From positions 53,692,001 to 53,756,000 of the forward strand of contig NC_043003.1 of assembly GCF_006345805.1 (NCBI RefSeq): 64,000 nt of DNA. Direction: 5' to 3'. The translations under genes and the position numbers were made by a program. Below, in pieces: positions 11,024 to 24,157 of the stretch (positions within the stretch are counted from its first letter, which is position 1; every line of letters begins with the position of its first letter). Source of the DNA: Octopus sinensis (taxonomy: Eukaryota). Under the pieces are notes generated by a model that was not told the origin of the DNA, made no database searches, and saw only the letters and a list, made by a program, of their open reading frames with translations.

Positions 11024-14000
11024 CGAATTTGGAATGTAAAAGAATTATATTTTAGAATTTTGTTGTGGATAAAACTACTAAAAAAATCCATCCAAAGTTC
11101 GTGAAACTTCACTGAAACTAAACTGTACTAAGGTGGTTTTAAGTTCAAATTCACCGTGTTTCGTAGGTATTCTATTGACTTCACACATTTCCTACTGTAA
11201 ACTTATAGAGATACTAGTTCGCAATTTTCGTATATTCATTTTTCGTGGGTAAATTTAAATAGTTTAAAATATTAAAGTATCATCCTTTCTGGATCGATGA
11301 AATAAGTACTAGTTGAACACTTGAGTTGAAGTAAATCGATTTCCTCCAGAAATTGCTGGCTTTGTGCTAAAATTTGTAACTAATATCAAAATATGAATTT
11401 AACGTTAATGTGTGTTTGTGTATACTTAGTTATAAAGTTAGATGCTTTACAGTGGATTTGAAACAGATTAAAAAAAACAGCTTGGTTGTAATGAATCATT
11501 TAAAAAAAAAATGTGTGGAAAAATACGAAGGGATGGTTCAGTGTTAAATGTTTCGATGAAAATGAAAATTTGTGTTTAAACACAAGCTCGTAAAAATCAA
11601 GTGGTAGTTTCGATTATTTATCGTTTTTGTTTCATGAAATTAAAAACAAAAAAAATTGTTTGTATAATAATCTTAATCAGTATTCTTTCGCTGCTATAAT
11701 CTCGATCCTGGTATCTCTGCGGACATAATATTCAACTTATCTGTATCAGCTTGATATTCTTTTAAGTTAGAAATATGTTTGTTATTTTCCACTTTTCTTT
11801 TACCTTTGACCTTCATAAAATAGTACTTAGAGATACAACTACTACAGTTATGTAGCAACGATTCGAGTCATGAATCGAAACTTCTTCTTATTGACAAGTT
11901 TTACTCTAACGAAACGAAAAGATAATGTTAACTATTCACTGGAACAAAGCCGCTATTATATAGGTGCTGACTTCAATTAGGGCGAGGTTTCCAGTTCGTG
12001 TAGTCTCACTCCCGCACTGACTAAAGTAATTACCGAGGTTTTACTAGAAGCATGGCATTTACCGGCTTCGTTTTCTTACGAGTGAATTAATCTTGATATT
12101 TGTTTGCTTCACCAAGACATTAAGGTATGATCTAAATGGCTACTTCCTTCATTTACTTACTATTTATACCGTTGTATTTACTGTTGATTTTTACCGAGTT
12201 GCCGTACCTTTGAATTTTTCTTATGCGCGTATTTTATGTAATTGTTTTATCAAGAAAAAACGTGTCTTTCTTCCAAACAAGAACATTTAGCTGTTCCTTT
12301 ACCTATTAAATATTTGTTGTTTATATTGGAAAATACTTTTCTGTACAAATCAAAAACGAAGCAACAGCTCATCAACTCGCCCTATCTTTGTAAATACACT
12401 CGACTTCGCTAGTCATATATTTTCAATTTATGCGTCTTCTTTTATTTCTAAGATGAAATCTCAAGTTTATATTGTAACACATTTTTATAAGATTTTCCTA
12501 ACCACAAAATAACCTTTCTAATCGATATTAGTCGTCATTCACTTGTCTAAATAAGCCGCGATAATCCGTTTATATTATTTCGTATTATCGCATTGTGTGA
12601 AAACGTTTATCTTTCTATCTACATACTGTGTTTCCTTCCTTCTATCTTTATACTGTGTTGTGTCTAATAATTTATTTCATGTGTACTTCAAATACTTGAT
12701 AATTACACTCTAATGACTAAATAATATATTTAATGAATAATATATACAGGAGCTTGAAAATATTTTATCAACTTTTAAAACCACGTGCTTCGGGTTTTTT
12801 CTCCTTTTACTTAACATGCGTTTCCAAATTTCTTTCTGTAGCTATAATGTCGCTACGAAGCTTGTTACAGTATATTTAAAATCATAGTAAAAGATCGATA
12901 CTTCTTCACCTATACTGTTTAGTTTAAACTGTATAGATAATAGTGAAATTGTTGTATACAGTGCTCAGGTGTACTACAACTAGAAAAAAAAGGGCATTAG
13001 GTGCACTGTTGACGAATTTCATGAAGCATGATTTACTAGATATAAAACTACAGTATCCGCCCTTCTTCAATATGAATTGTCGCTGTCTACTAAGAGATCT
13101 ACATCTTACATACCCCCATTTAACAATAAGTTTCAAAATGTTTACATGTTTTACTCGTTTGTAAACTACAGAAAATCGATCTACCGATTAGTTTTTCTTC
13201 AAGTTTCTCTAAATACGATGGTCATAGTTCTTTATGAAATAGTTCTGCCACTCCTTAAATAGACATGATCAGCTGGATTTGATACTGTCAACTCCACACT
13301 GAAAATAGACATAAATAAAATAGTTTATATAAACCTTTTATAATCTTAATACTTCTATATTTTAAAGTGTTTTCTCCGATTTATTTTTTTAGCAGTTAAT
13401 TGTTAAAGATGCGTTATTTCCTTGTTAAAATTTCAGTAACATGTCACATCCCGATAGCTACTTCGAAACGAATGTTTTAAAACTCGTTGTTAGTTATCGT
13501 CTTTTTAATATTTAAAAAAAAATTATTTCTTATCCTTGTTAAAATAAAAAGTATTGTTTTATAGATGGTTGATATCTCTATGTAGTAATTGTTAGTTCTT
13601 AACTAGTTCTGTGTATTGTTTGTTGCGGTTATACTGACATTCAATCAAATTGTACCTTAAGAAATGTATTTGAAAACTGGCATTTTGTCAAAACATTTCA
13701 AACTATTTTGCTTAGAATTTCTTTTGTTTGTTTTTTTCGGAAATACATTTATTGAATGACTTAACATTTTATTCAAACAAATGTTTAGTTAAATTCATCA
13801 AAGTAGATATTTTTTGTCATGTGATTTCCCCCAAAAATAATTGTTACCGATTAAATGACACTATCATTACTAATTTTTATAACTACATTTCTTAATTTAG
13901 GCGATCCTCTTATTTTGACATACCATCTACCAAGGAATTCCTTTATATATATGTAGCTTTCTTTCGTAATGTCTATTCTTTAAAAATAATATTTAGTTTT

Positions 14001-14099
14001 TTTTATGTTAGAGCTTAGTATTTTCTAATATATAAACAAGTACTTTATTTTTTGGTTGTCAAAAAGGCGTATTGGTTATATTTGAACTTCCCAACATGG

Positions 14100-14510
14100 T
14101 CAGTAATCATGCATCTAATCACTCAGCCGATATGGAAGAAAATTTACTTGCAGTTCAAGTCTGACAGTGTCAGAGTTCTAGTGAAATCAGTCCACGGCCA
14201 GATGCCCGTTCTGTCGCTAACCTTCGCTTGTTTCCAAACAAGGTAATGCTTCCCCCATGACGAGCCTTTTTTTCACGGTATATTTGAAATGAATGGCACC
14301 GCTTGTATGACAATGGTTTAGAATTAAAGCGTGATGTCAAAACAAGGATACACATACACGAGAAGTTGCTTTCTGTTTCCATCAACAGCGTTTTGGATGG
14401 CCCTGGACTGTAGTATAAGACACTTATCCAAAGTGCTTTGCAGTGGACTTGAACCTGGAACCGTGTGATAGGGAAGTATACTTCTTAACACACAACTGTG
14501 CCTGATGTTA
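14100..14510 (-). mobile_element. tRNA-derived SINE with RTE-like tail
   Basis: Reverse complement has a tRNA-like head, the aagtgtcttatactac core and a cattaccttgtttggaaaca module as at 25490-25710 and 26820-27140. Confidence 0.7.
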
Positions 14511-16939
14511 GCTGCAGTGTTTGCACTCCAGCTGTTAAAAACCAACAATCAGCAAGGAACTTCAGCCCCTAGAGATCTTTTTTCATTATCATAAAGAAGT
14601 GTAACAGTGATTGTAACACAGGTAGATCTTTATGCAGTTCAGTTTGTTTGGTTATAGGCTGCTGAGCATTAGATAATTTTGCAACTCCTCAATGTTCTTG
14701 AACTAACTTGTTGGTAGAAAAGAAGTACCCTAGTTTGTACTGTTGAATGTCATTTATTGTGGAAGTACGTTTTGATTGCACTTTCACATTTGATGTAAGC
14801 CCTTGAATTTTGACTAACGTTTGTGACTATTACCCCTTGTGATCTGAAGATTGACATAGAATAGTCTCAAAAATTACATCAGAGTATCTTAGAGGGTTCA
14901 ATGTCCTGCTAGTTATGTGCAAGATGGTATCCAATTGCTGCTTAAACAAGATTAGTAAACCGGCACAATCTACTTAATTGTCAGTTTTAGTTAAAGGATA
15001 TTTCAGATTTGGAATGTGAAGAATTGATTACTGCATTTGTGATCAAAGTAGAAGTCTATTCATTTTAATTAAGTATGAACACGTTTAGCTTTTGAGAAAA
15101 CATTATACAGCATACCATAGAAGATGTGAATTTGACAAGCAATCACAGTTTTGACCTAGTTCATCGTATTCAAGTTTAGAGTACAGTCTGAATCACATAT
15201 GTTCTCAGACTGATAAATCAATTTAGTGTTAAAGAGTTGACAATACTTTGCTTTGTGAATGCAAGACAGACTTAAATTGATGTGTGCTAATGAGGATTTC
15301 ATTAATTGTATCTACATGGTTAATTTTATTCAAAATTATATATCTACATTTTCTATTTTGTTAAAAGCTATATTTCAGTCAAAGGTTATTGCTTTTAAGT
15401 TCATTCCACTTTAAACTGAGCTGTAATTATTACTAGCACTATTCTGGCTTTTAGATTTATTTAATAAATTCTTAAGCAGATGACCATCTGACATCTTTTT
15501 CGAGGAACTAGCTGATAGATTTTCAGAAAGGTTTGTTAATCCTGTGGTCCAGTTGGATGATGTCAAAATTAATACTTATATTAAGATGCAGGCTGAGTTA
15601 TATCAGCAAATGAATAGCAACACATTTTGAAATTTTTATTCCTGTTTAGTGTTTATGGAAACCACAACTTGTTCACTTTGAAGTATGTCCTTGCCTAATT
15701 AGCATTTTTTTCTGCATAATCTACATCATTTACCAATTAGCTACAATTAAAATATCTTATAGCTATATAATGTTTTTAATTGTATGAGTTCACCGTGTGC
15801 TTTATATGTAGCAATCAATTTCTATGTAAACAGCCCCTTTGTTGCTTTGACAAAGAATAATTCAGTTGTTTGTTCAACCAGACTGCTTACTCTTTGTGCT
15901 GTAAGTATTCCACAGATGCTTGTAACCCTTAATACAGTTTTCTGATAGATCAATGTGACAGTTTGCTACGAGATTGGCTCCTTGAATTTTCTTTGTGGTT
16001 GACTAACATACATTTTTCATCTATCCATTTTCATTCACAAAAATTAAGTCAACAAGGCATTAAAGTACAAAACACTTGCCCAAGGTGCCACCTAAAGGAA
16101 TCAAACCCAGGATCATAAGATTGTTAAGATAATTTTGTGACTTCATGACCATGCTTGTACATATCATGTATTATTATGTACTCAGACAAGTACACTGGAG
16201 TATATATAAACATGTACATTAAACCACCAGTTAATAAGTCTATTTGATAAAGAGGAATGAAATGAGTAATTGCTTACCTAATCTGACCTTAATTTGGAGT
16301 CTCATGAAAATTAATGTTTAAGTGAAACTAAAAACTGTTAAATTTATGTTCATAACTAAATAAATGTTGTGAATATTTTGTTTGTTTATTTGAAGCTTAT
16401 GATTCACCATCACCACCAAAATAAGAAATGTATTATCAGAGAATCCCTTAGAAATGCTATTTTGAAATATATATTACTATTAAGTGCAATAGATGGAATT
16501 AAACAAACCAAACTTAATTTCTAATTCAGTTGACATATTTGTAGATTTTTGTTTTTCATAAACTAATTGGACTATTAACCTCATAGTTTTGGTATAGTTC
16601 ACTTATATTGTTTTGGTTGGTATATTTTGAATGCATACATTGTCTTAGTGAATAATAATATATATTCTCAGAGTGAAGAGTAATAGCAAATTCAAGGTTA
16701 ATAGATTCTGTTTTTGTCAGTTGTATCTTGATTTTGTTTCTGTGTAAATTGGTTGGCATTAGGAATGATATCCAGCTGTAGAAACTATGCCAAAGACATT
16801 GGGGCACAATGCAGTCCTCTGACCTGTCAGATCCTATCAAACTGTCCGACTCATGCCAGCATTGAAAATGATGTTAAAAGATGAGGAGGAGGATGAAATT
16901 CCATCATGACATGGATTGGACATTTCTCTTCCAATACAG

Positions 16940-17320
16940 TGTCTCACCAGTCATTGGAGGCCTTCGTCATTCCTTTCATTGGACTTCTCTTCTTCAGTAG
17001 GCTTCTTCCACATACACTGGCTCATCCATTTTCACCTTTATATGCATCTTGTTCATACTACCAGTTTTCTTTCTTGCACACTACAGCTGATTCCTCTAAT
17101 TCCCACTTTTTCTCTCAGCTTGTGTTCTGTGATTTCATACACATCAACATTACATGTACAATGGATTGTTCTTGTCTCATGTCTTTCCAGCTTTCATACG
17201 TCCTCTACATTCAGTGCCCATGTCCTGCTATCACGCAGCCTCACACTTCATAGTCAAGTACTCTATATCTACTCTATACTTGCTGAGAGAAATCCTTTAT
17301 TGCCAATAGAGGTAATAGCC
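16940..17320 (-). mobile_element. Old degenerate RTE LINE fragment
   Basis: Reverse strand resembles the RTE segment found at 20440-20650. A similar remnant lies at ~29780-30060. Confidence 0.6.
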
Positions 17321-18719
17321 CCCCCCCCATTTATTTATTTTATCTATTTCAGTTTATTCTTTTTCAGACTCAAAACAATAAGTGTTTCTCAATGTAAATT
17401 ATTACCTTAGCTTTTGCTACAGACACATTCAGTAAAGAGCATAGTTTATTAGATATTTTGCTTGAGTAAATATTAAGTTCTTGTTGTGTTAGGAAATATA
17501 TGGTTCTTGTTTATGCAGTAATATTGATTTCAAATTTTGGTACAAGGCCAGCTGTTTCGGGGGTTGGAGCTAGTCGGTAACATTGACCCCAGTGTTCTAC
17601 TGGTATTTACTTTATTGACCCCGAATGGAAGAAAGGCAAAGTTTACCATGGCAGAATTTGAACTCGGTTTGTAAAGACAGACAAAATGCTGCTAAGCATT
17701 TAATCTGGCTTGATAACAATAATTTTTAGCTTCAATCATCATTGTTATCATCTTCGTCCTTTAATGATGGCATGGGTTGGACAGTATTGAAGTTTAAATG
17801 AAATAGTTTTTTTGTTTTTTTTTTTGTAATTCTTCTTTACAGTAATCTCCTCCCCAGACTCTTGTAGTGGATTGGCCAGCCACTGTTCACTATATTTTCC
17901 CTTCAACTTTACCTAATCTTTACAGTGTTTGCTTACCCTTTCTCTCACTCATTTCTCACTTGTCACATACCCCATACTCTATTGTAACCTCCACTCACAC
18001 TCCTATCCCTCTACCCCACTCATTCTATTCACTCCATACCTTGAAAGTCCACCTTGACACCGCATTATCACTATTTTCATCACTTTCCAGCTCCATCTTA
18101 TCACTCCCACTCTCCCTTCTGAAATGTGAGTAGCTGTGTAGCTCCACTACAATAAGAAATCTGTCTTACTCTGGCCCTTTCATACTTATACCTCATCTTC
18201 TAGCATGAAGCTGTCCTCTTGGGGTTCATAGTCTTGCAAGCTGCATAGCGCCTCATTAGTGCTGGTAGCACAAAAACAAAACCCTGTCCAATCTGTTAAG
18301 TGGTTGACATTAGGAAGAGCATTCAACCAAAGAAACCATACCAAAACAGACATTGGTTGTGAGTATGAGGAATTCTACCAAATCCATTTTAAGGATTTGA
18401 TTGTCCTAGGGTGTAGTAGAAGGTACTTACTCAAAGGTTACATAGAGGGACTGAACCCAGAACCATGTGGTTTGGAAGCAAACTTTTTACAGCCAAATAT
18501 ATATACTGCCATATCTCGATATGTTGAAAAAGTGTAGGTAGGTACTCTATATATTCAGCACAAAAGATGGAATGGTTTCTCTATCAATTATGATTTACAG
18601 TTTATTACATGGTCAGAGATTTAGGGATATCCTTACCGAGAAATTTGATAGAAGCTTAAGAACCCTTCACATGGTCAGAGATTTAGGGATATCCTTACCG
18701 GGAAATTTGATGATAGGAA

Positions 18720-21280
18720 GGAGTAGCTACTGTCCTGTGACATAGAAGGCAGCTGGGAATTCCTGTGAGACAGCTTGCTGAGTGCCACACCAAATCTGTG
18801 GCTGGTGCAAAGTCCCTTCCAGATCTCGGGTAACATGGTGGTGGAACAGTACTGTAGACAGGGCTATTAGAGCATAGAAACAGGCTTGGAAGGCCTGGAA
18901 GAGTGGGGGGGGGTAGCAGGAGAACATATCAGATAGCCAAAAGGGAGGCTAGGAGATGGGTGTATAAAGCCAAGGGAGTAGCAGAAAAGATGAAGTTTGT
19001 CAGTGTTCAGCGATGTGAGGACCAATAACCTGAAGTATTTCCGATTGCAAGACAGTGTGTGAGGGAAAACCGTTATGTCATAGAAGAGAAATGTGTTCAC
19101 ATGGATGATGGTGCCCTTGCGTTTAATGATTCTGCAAAGAAAGGCTTGGAGATGCCATTATGAAAGACTGATGAATGTGGAGAATGAATAAGAAAAAGAG
19201 AGCCTGCCAAATGTTGACCCAGCAGAGAGACCAGCTACCCGAATTGACAGTACACTGGTAGAGAAAGCAATTAAGGATATGAAGATAAGGAAAGCACCTG
19301 GCCCATCAGGAATCACCGCTTAGATGCTTAAAATATCGGGAGGTGTGGGTTATGGTCTTGTCACCTGCATCGTAAATCAGGTAGTTCATGAAGGAGTTAT
19401 GACTGGTGTTGTAGCACCATAGTCAACTGCTACAAGAGTAAAAGTGATGCTTTAGATAGAAATAACTACAGGGGTATCAAATTATTGGATCAGGAGATGA
19501 AAGTTAAAGGGAGGGTCATAGGCCATCTAATTAGGGAGAGAGTTAGCCTAGATGAGATGCAGTTTGGTTTTGTGCCAGGCAGAAGCACCACTGATGCTAT
19601 ATTTCTGGTAAGGCAACTGCAGGAGAAATACCTAGCCAAGATAAACCTATGTACTTGGGTTTTGTTGACTTGGAGAAAGCCGTTGACAGGGTCCTCTGAT
19701 CCCTTATCTGGTTGTCAGTGTGGAAACTGGGGATAGATGAGTGGTTGGTAAGAACCATACAAGCCTTGTACAGGTATGCTGTCAGTAAGGTGAGGGTTGG
19801 CAACAAATATGAAAAATTCCAAGTAGAAATAGGGGTTCACCAAGGATCAGTCCTTGGCTCCCTCTTATTCATTATAGTCCTCCAGGCAATAACAGGAATT
19901 CAAGACAGGATGCTCCTGGGAGCTCTTTTATGCTGATGACCTTGCTCGAGTCACTGCCAGAACTAGAGACAATGTTTAGGGTGTGGAAGCAAGGTCTAGA
20001 ATCGAAAGTCCTTAGGGTTAACCTAGTAAAAACCAAAGTCTTAGTAAATAGGAAGGTTGTCAAATCACAAACCCCTTCAGGTAGGTGGCCCTGCTTGATC
20101 TGTAGAAAAGGCATGAGTAGAAGCTCCATATGACGTACCTGGTGTAATCTATGTACACAAGGTGCATCAATATCAAAAGAAGGTTAACCAGGAAATTAGT
20201 TTTTGTGTGTGGTAGATGCACAGGGGCAATAAACACTGAAGATGTACAGAAAACAGATTCCATCACATGCCAGGGGGAGAAACTAGAAGTAGTTAATAAC
20301 TTCCGCTACCTAGGTAATCAAGTCTGTAGTGGGGTGGTTACTCTGAGAGTGTAGCAGTTAGAATAAGAATAGCCTGGGCAAAGTTCAGGGAGCTCTTCTG
20401 CTGGCAAGTAAGGGCCTCTCGCTCAGGATGAAAAGTAGACTGTATGATGCATGTGTGCGAACTACCATGCTGCACAGCAGTGAAACATGGGCCATGACTG
20501 CTGAGGACATGCACAGGCTTGAAAGAAATGAAGCTAGTTTGATCCGCTGGATATTTAATGTCAGTGTGCATACACGACAGAGTGTAAGCACCCTGAGAGA
20601 AAAGTTGGGTATAAGAAGCATCAAATGTGGTGTGCAAGAGAGATGACTGCTGGTATGGCCATGTGTTATATATGGGTGAGGAAGTGCCACTCCCTAACTG
20701 TGGAAGAGGTAGACCCAGGAAGACATGGGATGAAGTGGTGAAGCATGACCTTTGAATGTTGGGCCTGACAGAGGCAATGACGTAGACCGAGACCTTTGGA
20801 GATATACTGTGATTGAGAAGACCTGGAAACTAAAGTGAGATTGCAGCCACACATGTCCAGCACAGTTAAGAGTACCCCTGATGTGTCGGGCGATATGATA
20901 TGCTGATGAGTCAAGTAAAACCAATATCGTAGCTGTGGCCAGTGCCCCCATGACTGGCTCCTGTGCTGGTGGCATGTAAAAAGCACCTTCTGAACATGGT
21001 CAATGCCAGTACCCCCTGACTGGCCCCTGTGCCGGTGGGACGTAAAAAGCACTATCTAAACATGATCAATATACTAGGCCCGACTGACTGACTCTGTGCT
21101 GGTGGCATGTAAAAAGCACCCACTACACTCACAGAGTGGTTGGCGTTAGGAAGGGCATCCAGCTGTAGAAACATTGCCAGATCAGATTGGAGCCTGGTGC
21201 AGCTGCTGGCTCTCCAAACCTCAGTCAAACCATCCAACCCAAGCCAGCATGGAAAATGGATGTTAAACAATTATGATGAT
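18720..21280 (+). mobile_element. RTE LINE, longest copy (linker + RT + PHD insert + 3' UTR), frameshifted
   Basis: VTWWWN..AWKAWK linker, DEMQFGFVPGRSTTDAIFLVRQLQEKY, GVHQGSVLGSLLF, ELFYADDL, PHD-like Cys/His block, FRYLG, then a 3' UTR with ~60-nt internal repeats and a gatgat tail. Confidence 0.92.
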
Positions 21281-21334
21281 ACATATACAAGAATAGCTGG
21301 CATTAGAGCACTTAAATGAAATTTACAAACCTGT

Positions 21335-21545
21335 CATCATTCATCATCATTTAACATCTGCTTTCCATGTTGGCATGAGTTGGATGGTTTGACTGAGGAT
21401 TGGCAAACCAGGAGGCTGCACCAAGTTCTAATCTGGTCTGGCAATGTTTCTACAGCTGGATGCCCTTCTTAACATCAACCACTTCAAGACTGTAGTGGAT
21501 GCTTTTTATGTGCTACCGGTACAAGGGCCAGTCAGGTGGCACTGG
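21335..21545 (-). mobile_element. RTE 3'-tail copy, inverted relative to the neighbouring tail
   Basis: Reverse complement of 21100-21278. This tail also occurs as many isolated copies (e.g. 8360-8630, 24155-24420, 32310-32450, 37050-37280, 41510-41690, 48890-49110, 63820-64000). Confidence 0.85.
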
Positions 21546-22604
21546 CATTGACCCCATGTATTTAATACTTTCTGCACTTAGATGACCTATTTAGTATTGG
21601 TGTTGTTTCTGTAGCTAGATGATCTATTTAGTACTAGTTATGATTGTAGCTGGTATAAAGCAACTACAAGGAAAAATGTCAAGGAAGGAGTTCATTGAAT
21701 TGTTACTTATGGTAGCAACAAAGGGGTTATCTCTCCATGCTAGCATGGGTTGGACCATGAACATTAAATGCAGATGAGTCAGTTGGACATAAATGAAACT
21801 AGTATGTTTTTATTTTTAATATGAAATACTAAGTTACATATATGCTGAAGCATAGGTGAACTGAAACCGCATTAAAGTACACTGGTCAATTCATGCAGAT
21901 ATACATATTATATTATCATCATCATTTAATGTGTTTGCCATGCTGGTGTGGATTGGACAGTTTGATAGTTGCTGGTGAGCAAGAGGGCTGCATCAAGCTC
22001 CAGTGTTTGCTTGGCACGGTTTCAATAGCTAGATGCCTTTCCTAACGTCAACCACTTTACAGAGTGAACTGGGTACTTTTTACATGGTATCAATACTAGT
22101 AAGGTTACCAAGTAACTCACTCAAGTCAAGACTCCTTAACTGAGAGATGGAGAACGGTGGGATGCAGCTTTATGCCAGGTGATGAGAGGTTAAAGTATGA
22201 CAGAAAGACAGGAGCAGATATCTTGCTGTAGGGGAGAAAGAAGGTTACTCCAGTTGGGGATGAAGTCATGACAGGCCATACCCTCAAGTTACAGGTATTT
22301 GAAAAGAAGAGAAATGGTACAAGTGGACCAGTAAATTCACAGGTGTGTGAGAGGAGATTAGATGGATAGAGATGGGGGAATTTATATATATATATATATA
22401 TTCTTTACTTGTTTCAGTCATTTGACTGTGGCCATGCTGGAGCACTACCTTTAGTCAAGCAAATTGACCCCAGGACTTATTCTTTGTAAGCCTAGTACTT
22501 ATTCTATCGGTCTCTTTTGCCGAACTGCTAAGTTACGGTGACATAAACACACCAGCATCGGTTGTCAAGTGTGGTTGCGGGGACAAACACAGACATACAA
22601 ACAT

Positions 22605-22639
<35 letters not shown>

Positions 22640-22739
22640 CGACAGACTTCTTTCAGTTTCCATCTACCAAATCCACTCACAAGGCTTTGGTCAGCCCAAG
22701 GCTATAGTAGAAGACACTTGCCCAATATATATACAAACA

Positions 22740-23545
22740 TAGGGGTACTGTTCTTTATGTGGCTGAGTAGAGACAATGATATTACAATAAGCAGTTTAGA
22801 TTTAATTTTGGGGTCATATGATTTGGGACAACAATAAGCTGACCAAGACCACGAAAATGAAGATCTACCAGGCATGTGTACTTAGCACTCTACTGTATGG
22901 AAGTGAGACTTGGACGCTATACACACGCCAAGAGCGTCGCCTAAACATCTTTCACCTGTGCTGCCTCCGGAAAATCCTCCGCATCAAATGGCAGAACCAT
23001 ATCCCCAACAAAGATGTCCTCTGGCAAGCAGGACTACCAAGCATGTTTGCACTCCTCACACAAAGACGTATGAGATGGCTTGGGCATGTTAGCCGTATGA
23101 AAGATGGCAGAATCCCCAAGGACATACTCTACGGAGAGCTTGCTAGGGGTACTAGGTCTGTGGGTAGACCGCTCTTACGTTACAAGGATGTTTGCAAAAG
23201 GGACATGAAGGCCTGCAACATCAATATTAGCGGTTGGGAGGCAGTTGCCGGCAACCGTGGAGCCTGGCGACGTACCGTAAGAGAGGGAATACAAAGGAGT
23301 GACAGAGAGAGAGAGGAGAAATGGAAAGATAAGAAAAGACGTCAACAAGAAACTATGGCATTACAACCAGCCAGGAACAGTTTTCGCTACATTTGCGGTA
23401 CCTGCCAGAGGGAGTGTTTGTCTAGGATAAGACTACACAGCCACAGCAGGAAATGTATCAGGACATGAAATGTAAAAGCCTGACTAGACTACTTTACGCG
23501 CAACTCCATTGTCTCCTGAGACAAAAAGGATGCCAACCAATGATT
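22740..23545 (+). mobile_element. RTE-BovB-like LINE 3' fragment with an uninterrupted 216-codon ORF
   Basis: ORF 22818-23468: KIYQACVLSTLLYGSETWT..RRMRWLGHVSRMKDGRIPKDILYGELARGTRSVGRPLLRYKD and a C-terminal CGTCQREC..SHSRKC zinc knuckle. Confidence 0.9.
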
Positions 23546-24117
23546 TAATGATAAGGCCATGTGACAGAACCAGTGAGAGTGTTTTAGTAAAAACTTGAAC
23601 TCTTTAGGTTTTGCTCATTGTTTTTATTGCTTTACAGACTGATATGTATAACATGTTTCCCCACTGGACAAGGAAGTCTATTTCACAAGCTTAGATAAAA
23701 ATCATGTTAACTTTGACAATCTTTGTGCCACCATTTTCCCTCTAAATAGTCCTTTTGATTTATTTATTTTTTTTGTAATATCATCTCGTTTTATACTCAG
23801 TTGTTGAAATGTCTCTTTGAAACATGATATCTGTTCCTGCCCACTATCGTGCTTTAGCCTCTCCACATTTGACACAAAGCCATTTCCATCTATTCTGCAT
23901 CCCCAAGGAGTTTTGTCATTTGAGTTAACTTGGTGGCTTCACTAGTGCTGGTACCATTAGAAAAGCATCTGGTACATAAGGTGGTTAGTACTAGGAAGCA
24001 GCTGCAGCTATAGAAACCTTGCCAAAGTAGATATTCAAGCTCAATGCAGCCCTCTGGTTAACTGGCTTATATCAAACTGCCCAACCCACGGAATACAGAC
24101 ATTAAATGATAACGATA

Positions 24118-24118
24118 T

Positions 24119-24155
<37 letters not shown>
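24118..24155. repeat. (TA)n microsatellite (one of many; also (AAT)n at 25070-25112 and TA/TCTA at 5750-5855)
   Basis: Read directly from the sequence. Confidence 0.95.

Positions 24156-24157
<2 letters not shown>

Noticed and set aside
10719-11039. 106-aa ORF
   Set aside because: It is a by-product of the inverted repeat and its homopolymer runs, and starts at a non-ATG codon.
15484-15630. Protein-like frame PSDIFFEELADRFSERFVNPVVQLDDVKINTYIKMQAELYQQMNSNTF
   Set aside because: An in-frame TGA directly follows the nearest acceptor, there is no usable donor or start, and no family is recognised; frames of this length arise by chance.
16916-17410. 164-aa ORF
   Set aside because: It is the antisense reading of a decayed RTE fragment.
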